Source: an uncultured Acidobacteriota bacterium
GTDB lineage: Bacteria > Acidobacteriota > Thermoanaerobaculia > Multivoradales > JAHEKO01
Assembly (NCBI GenBank): GCA_963713825.1
Contig: CAVQNG010000025.1
Span: forward strand, 32,001 to 96,000
Length of the DNA: 64,000 nt
Direction: 5' to 3'
Position 1 is the stretch's first letter. Every line of letters begins with the position of its first letter. The notes beneath the pieces are model-generated. The model was not told where the DNA came from. It saw only the letters and a program-made list of their open reading frames with translations, and searched no databases. The position numbers were made by a program, and so were the translations under genes. Of the stretch, positions 27,870-37,983 are shown one piece after another.

Positions 27870-29057
27870 ATGAAAGATGTGGTCGTTCTGAGTGCTGTTC
27901 GTACGCCCATTGGATCGTTCCAGGGCGAGTTCAAGAATCTCCCGGCCAATGCCCTAGGCGCCATCGCGCTGAAGGCAGCCATTGAACGAGCGGAATTGGA
28001 TCCTGCAGCCCTGGAGCAGGTTTACATGGGCTGCGTCCTGACCGCAGGGGTGGGCCAAGCACCGGCCCGCCAAGCGACTCTGGCTGCTGGCTGTCCTGTC
28101 TCTACTGGTGCTATCACCGTCGGGAAGGTCTGTGGATCGGGTATGCGTGCAGTGATGACGGCAGCCAACGATCTGCGCTGTGGTGACTTCGAGATGGTGG
28201 CGGCTGGCGGTATGGAGAGCATGACGAATGTGCCCTATCTCGCGACGGGGGTTCGCGACGGTCTCCGCCTCGGCCACGGCAAGCTCGTGGACTCGATGAT
28301 TCGCGACGGCCTTTGGGATCCCTACAGTGATGTCCACATGGGCAATTGCGCCGAGATTTGTGCAGACCACTACAAGTTCACTCGCGAAGCGCAGGATGCC
28401 TTCGCGCAGGAGAGTTATCGACGAGCTCGCGAGGCGACAGAGAGCGGTCGTTTCGCGGACGAGATTGTCGCGGTCGAGGTACCGCAGCGCAAGGGCGATC
28501 CACTGTCGATCGATCGGGACGAGGAACCGTTCAGGGTCGATCTGGATCGCATGCCGAGTCTGCGCCCGGCGTTCAAGAAGGATGGTACCGTTACAGCAGC
28601 GAATGCGAGCAAGATCAACGATGGTGCCGCTGCCCTGGTCCTCACAACGGCGGAACATGCCGAGCAGCTGGGGGTCCGACCTCTGGCTCGTCTCGTGGCT
28701 CAGGCTTCGGTCGCTCAGGAGCCCGACTGGTTTACGACGGCGCCTGTGAAGGCGACGAGGAAGGTGCTGGAACGGGCCGGGCTGAGTGCTGGTGATATTG
28801 ACTTATGGGAAGTGAACGAGGCCTTCGCTGCCGTGGCCATGGCTTTTGTCGAGGAGTTGGATCTACCGGCAGATCGGGTCAACGTTCGCGGCGGTGCCGT
28901 CGCACTGGGTCATCCTATTGGCGCCTCTGGAGCGCGGATCCTCGTGACGCTGTTGCATGCCATGGCAGAGCGCAATGTGCACCGGGGCTGTGCCGCCATC
29001 TGCATCGGTGGTGGAGAAGCGACGGCCGTGATCGTCGAAAGGGAAATTCAGGGTTGA
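27870..29057 (+). CDS. Acetyl-CoA C-acetyltransferase (thiolase)
   Basis: RTPIGSF, KVCGSG, NEAF, GHPIGASG, CIGGG. Confidence 0.93.
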   Translation: MKDVVVLSAVRTPIGSFQGEFKNLPANALGAIALKAAIERAELDPAALEQVYMGCVLTAGVGQAPARQATLAAGCPVSTGAITVGKVCGSGMRAVMTAANDLRCGDFEMVAAGGMESMTNVPYLATGVRDGLRLGHGKLVDSMIRDGLWDPYSDVHMGNCAEICADHYKFTREAQDAFAQESYRRAREATESGRFADEIVAVEVPQRKGDPLSIDRDEEPFRVDLDRMPSLRPAFKKDGTVTAANASKINDGAAALVLTTAEHAEQLGVRPLARLVAQASVAQEPDWFTTAPVKATRKVLERAGLSAGDIDLWEVNEAFAAVAMAFVEELDLPADRVNVRGGAVALGHPIGASGARILVTLLHAMAERNVHRGCAAICIGGGEATAVIVEREIQG

Positions 29058-29077
29058 GGTCCAGCGGTTCGGGTCTC

Positions 29078-31402
29078 GTGAGCACCAGCCGGCGGTTCGG
29101 GCGGCCAAGTGCCCAGTGGGCGGGAAGCTGGTTGTTGGCTTTCCTCCTGGTGATGCCTGGCACTGCTGCTATGGCGCAAGTCGGTGAAGAGTGGCCCGAC
29201 GACTCGCCAATGTTGGACCAGCAGGAGGTGCTCGAGGCCGAGGAAACCACGTCTTCGGCCGAGGAGGTCGAGGACACCGCTGCCGAGACTGGCCTGGATC
29301 GGATTCGATTCCAGATCCCCTTTCCCGAGGACAAGGGAGGCGGAGTAGCCACCGGAACGGCGGGCAACTTGGAGTACGTCCGGGAGGACTACGTCGTCGC
29401 CAGCGGTGGGGTGGAACTGCAGTACGAGGATATGCAGTTCCAGGGCCAGAGGGTGACCGTCGATCTCAAGACCGAGCAGGTCACTGCCGAGGGTGACGTG
29501 ATCATCGACCAGGGGCCCAAGCGGCTGGTGGGAGACACCCTGATTTTCGACCTGGTGACCAAGACGGGCACCGTGACCAACGCCAAGGCCTTCGTCGACC
29601 CCGACATCTTCTTCGAGGGTCAGATCATCAAGAAGGTCGCCGAAGACAAATACGAGGTGATCGATGGCATGATCACCTCCTGTATCGACGACAATCCCGA
29701 TTGGAGTTTTCGACTGGCCAAGGGCAGCGTGGAGCTCGGCGGGTGGGCCAAGGGCAAGCACGCCCGGTTTCGGGTGAAAAAGGCACCGCTGCTCTACTTC
29801 CCGCAGATGCTCTATCCTGCCAGTTCGGATCGAAAGTCCGGGTTCTTGTTTCCAAATCTCGGTTACTCGGAGAATCGTGGTGCTCTCCTGGGCTTGGCGT
29901 ACTTCCTAACCCTCGGTCCAAGCTACGACACGACCTTCTATGCCGATTTCTACAGCGAGAGCTACGTCGGTCTCGGAAACGAGTTTCGGTATCGGCCGAG
30001 TGAGAACACACGGGGAGTCTTCGAGGGATATGTCATCGACGATCCGGACTCCGAAGACCTGCGTTGGAAGGTGTTCTGGTCTCACGTCAGCGAGCAGCTG
30101 CCGTTGGGCATGCGCGGTGTTGTCCGGTATCAGGACTTTTCCGACTTCAACTTCTTTCGCGATTTCGAAAGAGACTTCAGCAACGTCTCGATCCGGCGCC
30201 TGCGGTCGGAGGGGTTTCTCACCGGTAGCTGGGGGCAGCAGTCCTTCACGCTGCTGGTGGACGATACCGAGACCTACATCACTGCGGGCGATGTCACAAC
30301 GGCGCGCCGACTGCCCGAGGCGGAATACCGCTTACGACCAACGCAATTGGCTAGATTGCCAATCTATCTAGACCTGGTGAGCTCGTTGGACTACCTGCAG
30401 TCTGCCCGAACCGACAGATTCGACCAGAAGTGGGGACGGGCGGACATCTTTCCGAATTTGACCGCGGCGCTCAGCACGCTGCCCTGGCTCTCTGTCTCGG
30501 TCAGCGCTGGCGAGCGAGTCACCTGGTATAGCGACAGTCGAACCGAGGACGGCACAGCTTTGACAGGCGAGTCGTTGACGCGGGCGATCGCCACCGCCAA
30601 CAGCAGTATCGTCGGGCCCTCTTTTTCCAAGGTGTTCGATGGCCAGGTTGGACGATTCGGGAAGTTCAAGCACATCGTCGAGCCGCGCTGGAACTATCGG
30701 TATGTCCAGGAGTTCGAAGACGCGGATCAGATCCTGAGATTCGACGAAATCGACTTCATACCGTTCGCGAATGTCTTCTCGGTCAACCTCGTCAACAGGT
30801 TGTTGGCGAAGCCCTCGGACGAGGAGCTTCATGGCGGAGCCAGAGAGATCATGTCTCTGGAGATCGGCCAGTTGTATAGCCTCGACGAGACCGTACCTCT
30901 GCAGTCGTCCACTGACAGGACTCTCACCTCGACTCAGGGGCCGATCAATTTGCGCTATCGGTTCAATCCAAGCCGAGACACGAATCTCGAGGCCAGAATG
31001 TCCTACAGCACGCTGTTCAGCGAGCTGTTCTCCACATCGATCTCGGGTGGCATGAGATTCGGGCCCCATGGGGCGGGACTGACCTGGTTCACGAGCTCCA
31101 ACGCGGAAACGGGCAAGTCCACCGGCAATCAGGTCCGGTTCTATGCCGGCGTCGAGATATGGCCGAGCCATCTCCGACTGGATACCCAGATCAACTACGA
31201 TTTTGAGCGTTCTCTGCTCCAGAGTCAGCGCTACATTATCCAGTACTTCTCCCAGTGTTTCGGATATCGTCTGGAGTATCGGGACTGGCAATCCGTCACC
31301 CGAGAGGACAGGGAAATTCGATTTGCCCTGACTTTGAAGAACATCGGTACATTCCTCGACTTGACAGGTGGTACTCGCAACGGCTTCAATCCCGGCTACT
31401 GA
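29078..31402 (+). CDS. lptD: LPS assembly protein LptD
   Basis: N-terminal jellyroll-like region, TSC..PDWSF, RKSGFLFP, KHIVEP, QCFG near the C-terminus; start approximate. Confidence 0.8.
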   Translation: MSTSRRFGRPSAQWAGSWLLAFLLVMPGTAAMAQVGEEWPDDSPMLDQQEVLEAEETTSSAEEVEDTAAETGLDRIRFQIPFPEDKGGGVATGTAGNLEYVREDYVVASGGVELQYEDMQFQGQRVTVDLKTEQVTAEGDVIIDQGPKRLVGDTLIFDLVTKTGTVTNAKAFVDPDIFFEGQIIKKVAEDKYEVIDGMITSCIDDNPDWSFRLAKGSVELGGWAKGKHARFRVKKAPLLYFPQMLYPASSDRKSGFLFPNLGYSENRGALLGLAYFLTLGPSYDTTFYADFYSESYVGLGNEFRYRPSENTRGVFEGYVIDDPDSEDLRWKVFWSHVSEQLPLGMRGVVRYQDFSDFNFFRDFERDFSNVSIRRLRSEGFLTGSWGQQSFTLLVDDTETYITAGDVTTARRLPEAEYRLRPTQLARLPIYLDLVSSLDYLQSARTDRFDQKWGRADIFPNLTAALSTLPWLSVSVSAGERVTWYSDSRTEDGTALTGESLTRAIATANSSIVGPSFSKVFDGQVGRFGKFKHIVEPRWNYRYVQEFEDADQILRFDEIDFIPFANVFSVNLVNRLLAKPSDEELHGGAREIMSLEIGQLYSLDETVPLQSSTDRTLTSTQGPINLRYRFNPSRDTNLEARMSYSTLFSELFSTSISGGMRFGPHGAGLTWFTSSNAETGKSTGNQVRFYAGVEIWPSHLRLDTQINYDFERSLLQSQRYIIQYFSQCFGYRLEYRDWQSVTREDREIRFALTLKNIGTFLDLTGGTRNGFNPGY

Positions 31403-31462
31403 TCGGGGTCTCGTGGATACCCCTCAGAGGTCGAAGCAAGAGTAACAATCAGGAGATTTTCC

Positions 31463-32422
31463 ATGCGTGCACTCATCACTGGTATCACCGGCTTCGCGGG
31501 TTCTCACTTGGCCGACTATCTGCTCGCCGAGCAGTCGGACGTGGAGATCTTCGGCATCTACCGTTGGCGCAGTCGGATGGAGAACATCGATCACCTCGAC
31601 GGCAAGATCAACCTGTTGGAGTGCGACCTGCGAGACGCGGCTGCGGTCCATGGCGTTCTGGCCGAGGTGCGGCCCGACTACATCTTTCATCTGGCGGCGC
31701 AGAGCTTCGTTCCGGCCAGCTGGCGGGCACCTTCGGACACACTGACGACGAACATCATTGGCCAGACGAACCTCTTCGAGGCCGTGCGGATGTTGGAGCT
31801 CGACCCGGTCATTCAGATCGCCGGTTCGAGCGAGGAGTACGGCCTGGTGCTGCCGGATGAGGTACCGATCAAAGAGACCAACCCGTTGCGGCCGCTTTCA
31901 CCCTATGCGGTGTCGAAGGTCGGCCAGGATCTTCTCGCTTACCAGTACTTCAAAAGCTACGGTCTCAAGACCATTCGGACGCGTGGATTCAATCACACGG
32001 GCCCCCGGCGGGGGGAGGTATTCGTCACCTCCAACTTCGCCAAGCAGATTGCTTCCATCGAGGCCGGCCTGCAAGAGCCGGTGATCCGAGTCGGCAATCT
32101 GGATGCCCAGCGTGACTTCACGGATGTGCGAGACATGGTAAGGGCCTATTGGCTGGCAGTGACCAAGGCCAAGCCTGGCGAGGTCTACAACGTGGCGAGT
32201 GGCAAGGCCGTCACGATAGGTGAGCTGTTGGATCAACTCCTGGCCTTGTCCGAAACGAAGGTCGAGGTACAGGTTGATCCAGAGCGTCTGCGCCCTTCTG
32301 ATGTGGAGATTCTCCTGGGCGATTTCTCGAAGTTCAAAGCCGACACCGGCTGGGAGCCGTTGATTCCCCTCGAGCAAACCCTGAGGGACACCCTCGACTT
32401 CTGGCGCCAGAAACTCTCCTAG
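31463..32422 (+). CDS. GDP-mannose 4,6-dehydratase-like extended SDR
   Basis: GITGFAG, HLAAQSFV, SSEEYG, PYAVSK, FNHTGPRRG, RDFTDVRD. Confidence 0.85.
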   Translation: MRALITGITGFAGSHLADYLLAEQSDVEIFGIYRWRSRMENIDHLDGKINLLECDLRDAAAVHGVLAEVRPDYIFHLAAQSFVPASWRAPSDTLTTNIIGQTNLFEAVRMLELDPVIQIAGSSEEYGLVLPDEVPIKETNPLRPLSPYAVSKVGQDLLAYQYFKSYGLKTIRTRGFNHTGPRRGEVFVTSNFAKQIASIEAGLQEPVIRVGNLDAQRDFTDVRDMVRAYWLAVTKAKPGEVYNVASGKAVTIGELLDQLLALSETKVEVQVDPERLRPSDVEILLGDFSKFKADTGWEPLIPLEQTLRDTLDFWRQKLS

Positions 32423-32452
32423 AGAGGCAGTCGGCTCGCTGTCCTAAACGTC

Positions 32453-33364
32453 ATGGACGTTCTCATCACCGGTGTCGCCGGGTTCGTCGGTTCACACCTC
32501 AGTCGAGACCTAGTGGCTCGAGGGCACCGAGTCACCGGTACGTTCATCGGCCCGAGGCCACAACTGCCCGGAGTCGAGTTGATCGAGGCGGATCTCATGG
32601 ATCCTCGGAAGCTGGCGGCGGTCGTCGAGTCGGCGGACCCCGACGGTATCGTCCACCTGGCAGGGCTCAGCCACGTTGGTGAGTCGTGGCGCAGACCGGA
32701 TCTCTACTTTCAGGTCAACGTGCTCGGCAGCGAGAATCTGCTGAACGCCGCCCGTGGGGTGAGAGTCGTTCTGGCATCGAGTGCCGAGGTCTATGGGCTG
32801 GTGCCCGAAGAGGATCAGCCGCTGACCGAGGACCGCACCCTGGCGCCGACCAGTCCCTATGGGATGAGCAAGGCGGCAATGGAGAGGTTCGCCGCTTATC
32901 ACGATGCCACGATCGTCAGGTCGTTCAATATCTGCGGGCCTGGTCAGGCGACGAACTTTGCTTTGCCTACCTTTGCCCAGCAACTGAGGGCGATAGCCGG
33001 GGACCAGCAGAGCCCGGTGATCCAGGCGGGCAATCTCTCGGCACGGCGGGATTTCATTCATATCGACGATGCGGTCGCCGGCTACAGCGCAGTGCTCGAG
33101 CAGGGACAGCCCGGGGGGGTCTACAACCTGGGGAGTGGACAGGCTCACAGCATCCAGGCCGCTCTCGAGGAGCTCATCCGGATTTCGGGGGTCTCGCCAG
33201 AGGTCGAAGTGGACCCGGAACGTGTCCGGAAGGTGGATGTTCCGCTGCTCGTTGCCTCGACCGAACCCCTACAAGCTCTCGGCTGGGCGGCCGAGAAGAC
33301 TCTTTCAGAAGCCCTGCAGGATCTCTGGGAACAGACGGTCGAGCCGGGGATTCGGGAGTCCTAG
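32453..33364 (+). CDS. GDP-sugar reductase/dehydratase (Rmd-like)
   Basis: GVAGFVG, SSAEVYG, PYGMSK, FNICGPGQ; paired with the gmd-like gene. Confidence 0.75.
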   Translation: MDVLITGVAGFVGSHLSRDLVARGHRVTGTFIGPRPQLPGVELIEADLMDPRKLAAVVESADPDGIVHLAGLSHVGESWRRPDLYFQVNVLGSENLLNAARGVRVVLASSAEVYGLVPEEDQPLTEDRTLAPTSPYGMSKAAMERFAAYHDATIVRSFNICGPGQATNFALPTFAQQLRAIAGDQQSPVIQAGNLSARRDFIHIDDAVAGYSAVLEQGQPGGVYNLGSGQAHSIQAALEELIRISGVSPEVEVDPERVRKVDVPLLVASTEPLQALGWAAEKTLSEALQDLWEQTVEPGIRES

Positions 33365-33376
33365 GGCGCCGCTCTC

Positions 33377-34717
33377 GTGGCCAGCCTCTCAGCTCGGGAA
33401 CTTCTCCGTCAGACAGTCCATATCGGTGCCGGCTTTCTGGCGCTGACCCTGCGGTGGGTCGATCCGCTGCAGCTGTCTTGGGCAGCTGCTGCTGGGCTCG
33501 CTTTCAACACCTTGATCCTGCCCCACCTCGGTGGGCTGGGCTTGTGGAGAGGAGAGGAGGGGCGGAATGGGAGAGCTCCCGGGATCGTCCTCTATCCGCT
33601 CAGTGTTCTGATGCTCCTGTTGATCTTCAGACGGCAGCCGGAGGTTGCGGCAGCGGGATGGGGACTGCTCGCCTTCGGAGACGGCGCGGCGTCCCTGGCC
33701 GGCCTGGCCTGGGGAGACCGAAAGCTGCCTTGGAATCCAGCCAAGACCTGGGTGGGCCTGACGGCCTTCTGGCTGTTGGGAGGCGGCGCCGTCGCAGCGC
33801 TGATTCAGTGGGTGGCACCAGGCGACTACGAACCGCTCTTTGTTTGGGGCGTCAGCCTCGGGGTGACCCTCGTTGCGGCGCTTCTCGAGTCGATGCCGAC
33901 GAGACTCGATGACAACCTGGCGGTACCGTTGATCGGTGCACTGCTGCTGTCTTGCAGCCTGCGGACTGAAGGGTACTGGTCGCTGTTGGCCAGCCCGATC
34001 TGGTTGATGCGACTGGTCACGGCCCTGGCAGCGAACGCAGTTCTGGCCGCAGCCGCCTATCGGTGGAAGGCGCTCGACCGGAGCGGCTGGATCGCCGCCA
34101 CGATCGTCGGCAGTGCAGTGCTGGGTTTCCTGGGTTGGAGGGGCTACCTCCTTCTCATGTTGTTCTTCTTGCTCGGGACCCTTGCGACTCGGCTCGGCTA
34201 CAAGAGCAAAGCGCACTTGGGTGTGGCCCAGGAGCGCTCGGGTCGGAGAAACGCCTGGAACGTCCTGGCGAACGGTTCAGTAGCGGCCATCTGTGCAGTG
34301 TTCTCGGTTGTCACGCCCTTGCCTCAGTTGTTCTACCTGGCCTTTGCGGGTGCCATCGCGTCGGCCGCTGCCGATACTCTGGAGAGTGAAATCGGTCAGC
34401 TTCGCGCTGGCCCGACGTTTCTCATCACGAGCTTCAAACCCGTCCGGGTCGGGACCGATGGCGGCGTCTCCGCTGTCGGCACCACAGCGGGAGCTTTGGG
34501 GTCTCTGATGGTGGCCTTCACTGGAGGGATTGTCGGGCTGTACCCGGCGAGATCTGTCCTCATCGTTGCCGTGGCGGGTTTTACCGCTACCCTGCTCGAA
34601 AGTGCTGTCGGTGCGAGCCTCGAGCGGCGGGGGCTGGTCGGAAACCATGCGGTCAACCTGTTCAATACCTTGACGGGGGCACTACTGGCCGTGGGAGGGA
34701 CGCGACTGCTGAGCTGA
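33377..34717 (+). CDS. Membrane protein fusing a CTP-dependent polyprenol-kinase-like domain with a DUF92 domain
   Basis: N-half RQTVH, GDGAASLAG, KTWVG, DDNLAVP; C-half NVLANG, ADTLESEIG, GTDGGVS..G, N..VNLFNT. Confidence 0.75.
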   Translation: MASLSARELLRQTVHIGAGFLALTLRWVDPLQLSWAAAAGLAFNTLILPHLGGLGLWRGEEGRNGRAPGIVLYPLSVLMLLLIFRRQPEVAAAGWGLLAFGDGAASLAGLAWGDRKLPWNPAKTWVGLTAFWLLGGGAVAALIQWVAPGDYEPLFVWGVSLGVTLVAALLESMPTRLDDNLAVPLIGALLLSCSLRTEGYWSLLASPIWLMRLVTALAANAVLAAAAYRWKALDRSGWIAATIVGSAVLGFLGWRGYLLLMLFFLLGTLATRLGYKSKAHLGVAQERSGRRNAWNVLANGSVAAICAVFSVVTPLPQLFYLAFAGAIASAAADTLESEIGQLRAGPTFLITSFKPVRVGTDGGVSAVGTTAGALGSLMVAFTGGIVGLYPARSVLIVAVAGFTATLLESAVGASLERRGLVGNHAVNLFNTLTGALLAVGGTRLLS

Positions 34718-34790
34718 GAGATCGCTTCGCATTGGTCCGGGACAGGGTGCTGCACTATGATGGCTGAGACCGTCCCCGGGGGTTGGCCGA

Positions 34791-35315
34791 ATGACCGCAT
34801 CTGACAGAGAACTTGAGAAAGTCGAAACGGCTGACGTCGAGGTCCTCTCGAGCGGCCTGCTGAGCTCCTACGATCGGCTTCGTCTGCGCCTCGTGTCGGC
34901 CCTGGAGCGCAAAGGACGGCTGGGTAGGGCGGTGTCCGAACCGTTGATGCTGGCACCCGATCTTCTGGTGCTACTCGTCCGGCTTTGCTTGGACCGCGAC
35001 GTGTCTCCTGCCTCGCGACAGCTCATCGTCGGTGCCCTGGCCTACTTCCTGACTCCGGTCGACCTCTTGCCAGAGGCGTTTCTGGGGGTCGGAGGGATCT
35101 TGGATGATGTCGTCTTGGTCAGTTTGGTCCTGAGCCACAGTCTCGATGCGGAGCTGGAACCGCTAGCGGTCAAGCACTGGAGCGGTAGTCAGGAACTTCG
35201 AGTTGTCCTGGCAGATGCTTCGGCGGCGGGGGCGGCGCTGCTCGGGTTCAACGTTTACGAGCGATTGAAGAGACTGCTAGCCAGGCGTGGCATTCAAGTA
35301 GCCGACGATCGCTAG
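34791..35315 (+). CDS. YkvA/DUF1232 family protein
   Basis: ALAYFLTPVDLLPE..G.GILDD. Confidence 0.8.
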   Translation: MTASDRELEKVETADVEVLSSGLLSSYDRLRLRLVSALERKGRLGRAVSEPLMLAPDLLVLLVRLCLDRDVSPASRQLIVGALAYFLTPVDLLPEAFLGVGGILDDVVLVSLVLSHSLDAELEPLAVKHWSGSQELRVVLADASAAGAALLGFNVYERLKRLLARRGIQVADDR

Positions 35316-35863
35316 CTGGATCGTCGCTCCTTCAGTTGTTTGAAGAGCTGCTCGATCAACGGAAATCCTCCGTCCGGGAAGTTCTCGGAGTTGTCCCAGA
35401 ATCGCGCCAGTCCACGACTCCCCTGACTCTCGTAGAGATACACCTTCAGCATCATCTGGAGTTTGTCGCAGGACTTGACCAGCCGGGCCTCGAGAGTCTC
35501 GGCGTTTCGATACTCTTCCCACAGGGCCCTCATTCTGGGCGTCAGCGGTGCGAGGATCTCCTCGATCGCGGCGGCCTCGGCAGCTGGCTTGGCACCCTCG
35601 GGTAGATACCGAGAGGCGGTGCGGGGGAAGTCGCCGATTCTGAGCTCGGCGAGATCGTGGACCATGGCGATCTCGAGAGCTCGCAGTCGGTCGAGGTCGG
35701 GAATGTGATCGCCGAGGACCCAAACCAGGAAGGCGACATGCAGGGTGTGCTCACTGACGCTCTCCGGGTCGGAGACGCCGCTCAGGAGATACCCTATTCT
35801 CGGGATTCGGTCCAGGTTCTGGACTTCCAGGAGAAGGTCGAGCAATTCGCCGTTGGGTCGCAT
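35312..35863 (-). CDS. HD-domain hydrolase (5'-deoxynucleotidase HDDC2/YfbR-like)
   Basis: PRIGY, ESVSEH, VHDLAE..GD, DKLQM. Confidence 0.82.
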   Translation of the reverse strand: MRPNGELLDLLLEVQNLDRIPRIGYLLSGVSDPESVSEHTLHVAFLVWVLGDHIPDLDRLRALEIAMVHDLAELRIGDFPRTASRYLPEGAKPAAEAAAIEEILAPLTPRMRALWEEYRNAETLEARLVKSCDKLQMMLKVYLYESQGSRGLARFWDNSENFPDGGFPLIEQLFKQLKERRSS

Positions 35864-35992
35864 GGGCGAAGCAGCTTACTACAGGTGTGACTTGGTACAG
35901 GAGTATGGGTGCGGACTCCGGGTGACGGTAAGATTGGTTGACAATCGACAGGTGGTCGAATCTCAACTTCAACCACAGCGAGGAACTCGAGA

Positions 35993-36532
35993 ATGGCAGA
36001 GAATCGAGTACCGAGACCGCAGGCTGGCGAGCACGATGCCTACTTTTCAACCTATATCGACCGGGTCGTCGAGGGCGACCTCATGGTTGATCTGAAGCGC
36101 CAGGCCCAAGAGCTCGCCGAGCTTTGTGGTGGTCTGTCCGATGCTGAAGGTGAGTATCGGTACGGGCCCGACAAGTGGAGCATCAAGGAGGTGCTGGGAC
36201 ACCTTGTCGACACGGAGAGAGTCTTCGCTTTCCGTGCACTCTGGTTCGCGCGCGGCGGACCGACCGATCTGCCAGGATTCGACCAGGATGAGTTCGTGCG
36301 TCTGGCCGAATTCGATCGACGTACGGTAGAAAGCCTGGTGGCCGAGTTCGTTGACTTGCGGCAGTCCACCGTCGATCTTCTGTCGAGCTTTCGGGAAGCT
36401 GAGTGGGCCCAATCGGGGATCTCGAGTGGGCTACCTCTCTCGGTGCGGGCGATCGGCTACATCCTGGTGGGCCACGTGATTCATCATCAGGGAATCCTGC
36501 AGGAACGATACTTGAATCGACTCGAAGGCTGA
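35993..36532 (+). CDS. DinB-family protein
   Basis: KWSIKEVLGHLVDTERVF, GHVIHH. Confidence 0.85.
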   Translation: MAENRVPRPQAGEHDAYFSTYIDRVVEGDLMVDLKRQAQELAELCGGLSDAEGEYRYGPDKWSIKEVLGHLVDTERVFAFRALWFARGGPTDLPGFDQDEFVRLAEFDRRTVESLVAEFVDLRQSTVDLLSSFREAEWAQSGISSGLPLSVRAIGYILVGHVIHHQGILQERYLNRLEG

Positions 36533-36584
36533 CGAGAAGGGCGAGGAAAGGCGGCAGGGAATAGAGTTGTCGGAGGAAGAGTCC

Positions 36585-36947
36585 ATGGAAGAGATGACAC
36601 CTGCAAAGGTGAAACCACTTGTGAAGTTGGCTGAACTGCAGCGACTCGATATCCGAGTCGGAACGATCTTGCGAGTCGAGGAGATCGAGGGCTCGGTCTC
36701 CCTGATGAAGCTCACCGTCAGCTTCGGTGACCACGAGCGTTCGATTCTGGCCGGCATCAAACAGGAGCGTCCTGACGCGAGCGAGCTGGTCGGCCGGCAA
36801 TCGCTCTTTGTCGTCAATCTGGAGCCCAGGAAGATGATGGGAGAGTTGTCGGAAGGCATGTTGTTCGACATCGGCTACGAGGACGGTGTTCGCCCGGCGC
36901 TGGCCGTGCCAGAACGAACGGTTCCCAACGGAGCCCGAGCGGGTTGA
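36585..36947 (+). CDS. tRNA-binding OB-fold protein (CsaA/Trbp111-like)
   Basis: [25 protein letters not shown]. Confidence 0.85.
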   Translation: MEEMTPAKVKPLVKLAELQRLDIRVGTILRVEEIEGSVSLMKLTVSFGDHERSILAGIKQERPDASELVGRQSLFVVNLEPRKMMGELSEGMLFDIGYEDGVRPALAVPERTVPNGARAG

Positions 36948-36957
36948 AGGAGGCGGT

Positions 36958-37506
36958 ATGAAGCGTTGTCCATACTGTGCCGAAGAGATCCAAGACGTGG
37001 CCGTGAAGTGCCGCTACTGCGGGGAGTTCCTGACCGAAGAGTCGGCGGGCCAGCGGTTCTCGATGCGAAACACGGTACCTGCCGGCTACTGGGGATACGA
37101 ATACCGCTCGCAGGCCGAGCTCCTCGGCGTGCCGTGGATTCATATCGCCCAGGGCGTCGACCCGACGACCGGTAGGCCTCGTATCGCGAGGGGAGTTTTC
37201 GCCATGGGAAACATCGCTCTGGGAGCGGTTGCTATTGGCGGCATTTCCATTGGCGGCCTGACCTTTGGTGGGGTGAGTCTCGGACTCGTGGCCCTGGGTG
37301 GTGTCGCGATAGGTGGTGTGGCCCTCGGCGGGATGGCCCTGGGCGTTTCTCTTGCAGTTGGCGGCATGGCTCTGTCGACCAAGTATGCCATCGGAGGCAT
37401 AGCCGTGGCTCCCCATACCATCGATGGCCGTGGAGCCGATCCAGAAGTCGTCGAGTGGCTCCGGGGCTGGTGGGCGAAGATCCTCTCGCCCTTTGAGGGT
37501 GGCTAG
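36958..37506 (+). CDS. Zinc-ribbon protein with a glycine-rich repeat C-terminus
   Basis: [16 protein letters not shown] followed by periodic xxxGG repeats; GGAGG ribosome binding site. Confidence 0.7.
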   Translation: MKRCPYCAEEIQDVAVKCRYCGEFLTEESAGQRFSMRNTVPAGYWGYEYRSQAELLGVPWIHIAQGVDPTTGRPRIARGVFAMGNIALGAVAIGGISIGGLTFGGVSLGLVALGGVAIGGVALGGMALGVSLAVGGMALSTKYAIGGIAVAPHTIDGRGADPEVVEWLRGWWAKILSPFEGG

Positions 37507-37551
37507 CGTCGTTACTTCCGGCCGGGTAGCCGGGATGATCAGGAGGTGAGC

Positions 37552-37983
37552 ATGAAGCCGAGCAAGTCCAGATTGGTGATCACCGTTGCTCTGATCCTCG
37601 TTGTGTGTGGTTGCGTCGGGCTGAAGGCTGACGACGAGAGGGTCCAGGCAGGCGTGGAAGCTGCGGAGGCCTGGCTGCAGCTGGTGGACCAGGGTGGGTA
37701 CGACAAAAGCTGGGAGGAGACAGCCGCCTATTTCCGGGCGGCGGTGGGGCGGGAGCAATGGCAGCAAACGATGACTGCAGCTCGACAGCCACTGGGAGAA
37801 GTCGAATCCAGGGAGTTGCTGGAGGCCAAGTACAGGTCCCAACTGGCTGGAGCGCCTGACGGAGACTATGTGGTCATCCGATTCAAGACCTCCTTCTCCA
37901 ACAAGGCCGAATCGGTGGAGACCATCACTCCCATGCTCGACCCCGATGGTCGATGGCGAGTCTCGGGCTACTACATCAAGTAG
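37552..37983 (+). CDS. DUF4019-like exported protein
   Basis: AAEAWLQLVD, PDGDYVVIRFKTSF, WRVSGYYIK. Confidence 0.7.
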   Translation: MKPSKSRLVITVALILVVCGCVGLKADDERVQAGVEAAEAWLQLVDQGGYDKSWEETAAYFRAAVGREQWQQTMTAARQPLGEVESRELLEAKYRSQLAGAPDGDYVVIRFKTSFSNKAESVETITPMLDPDGRWRVSGYYIK

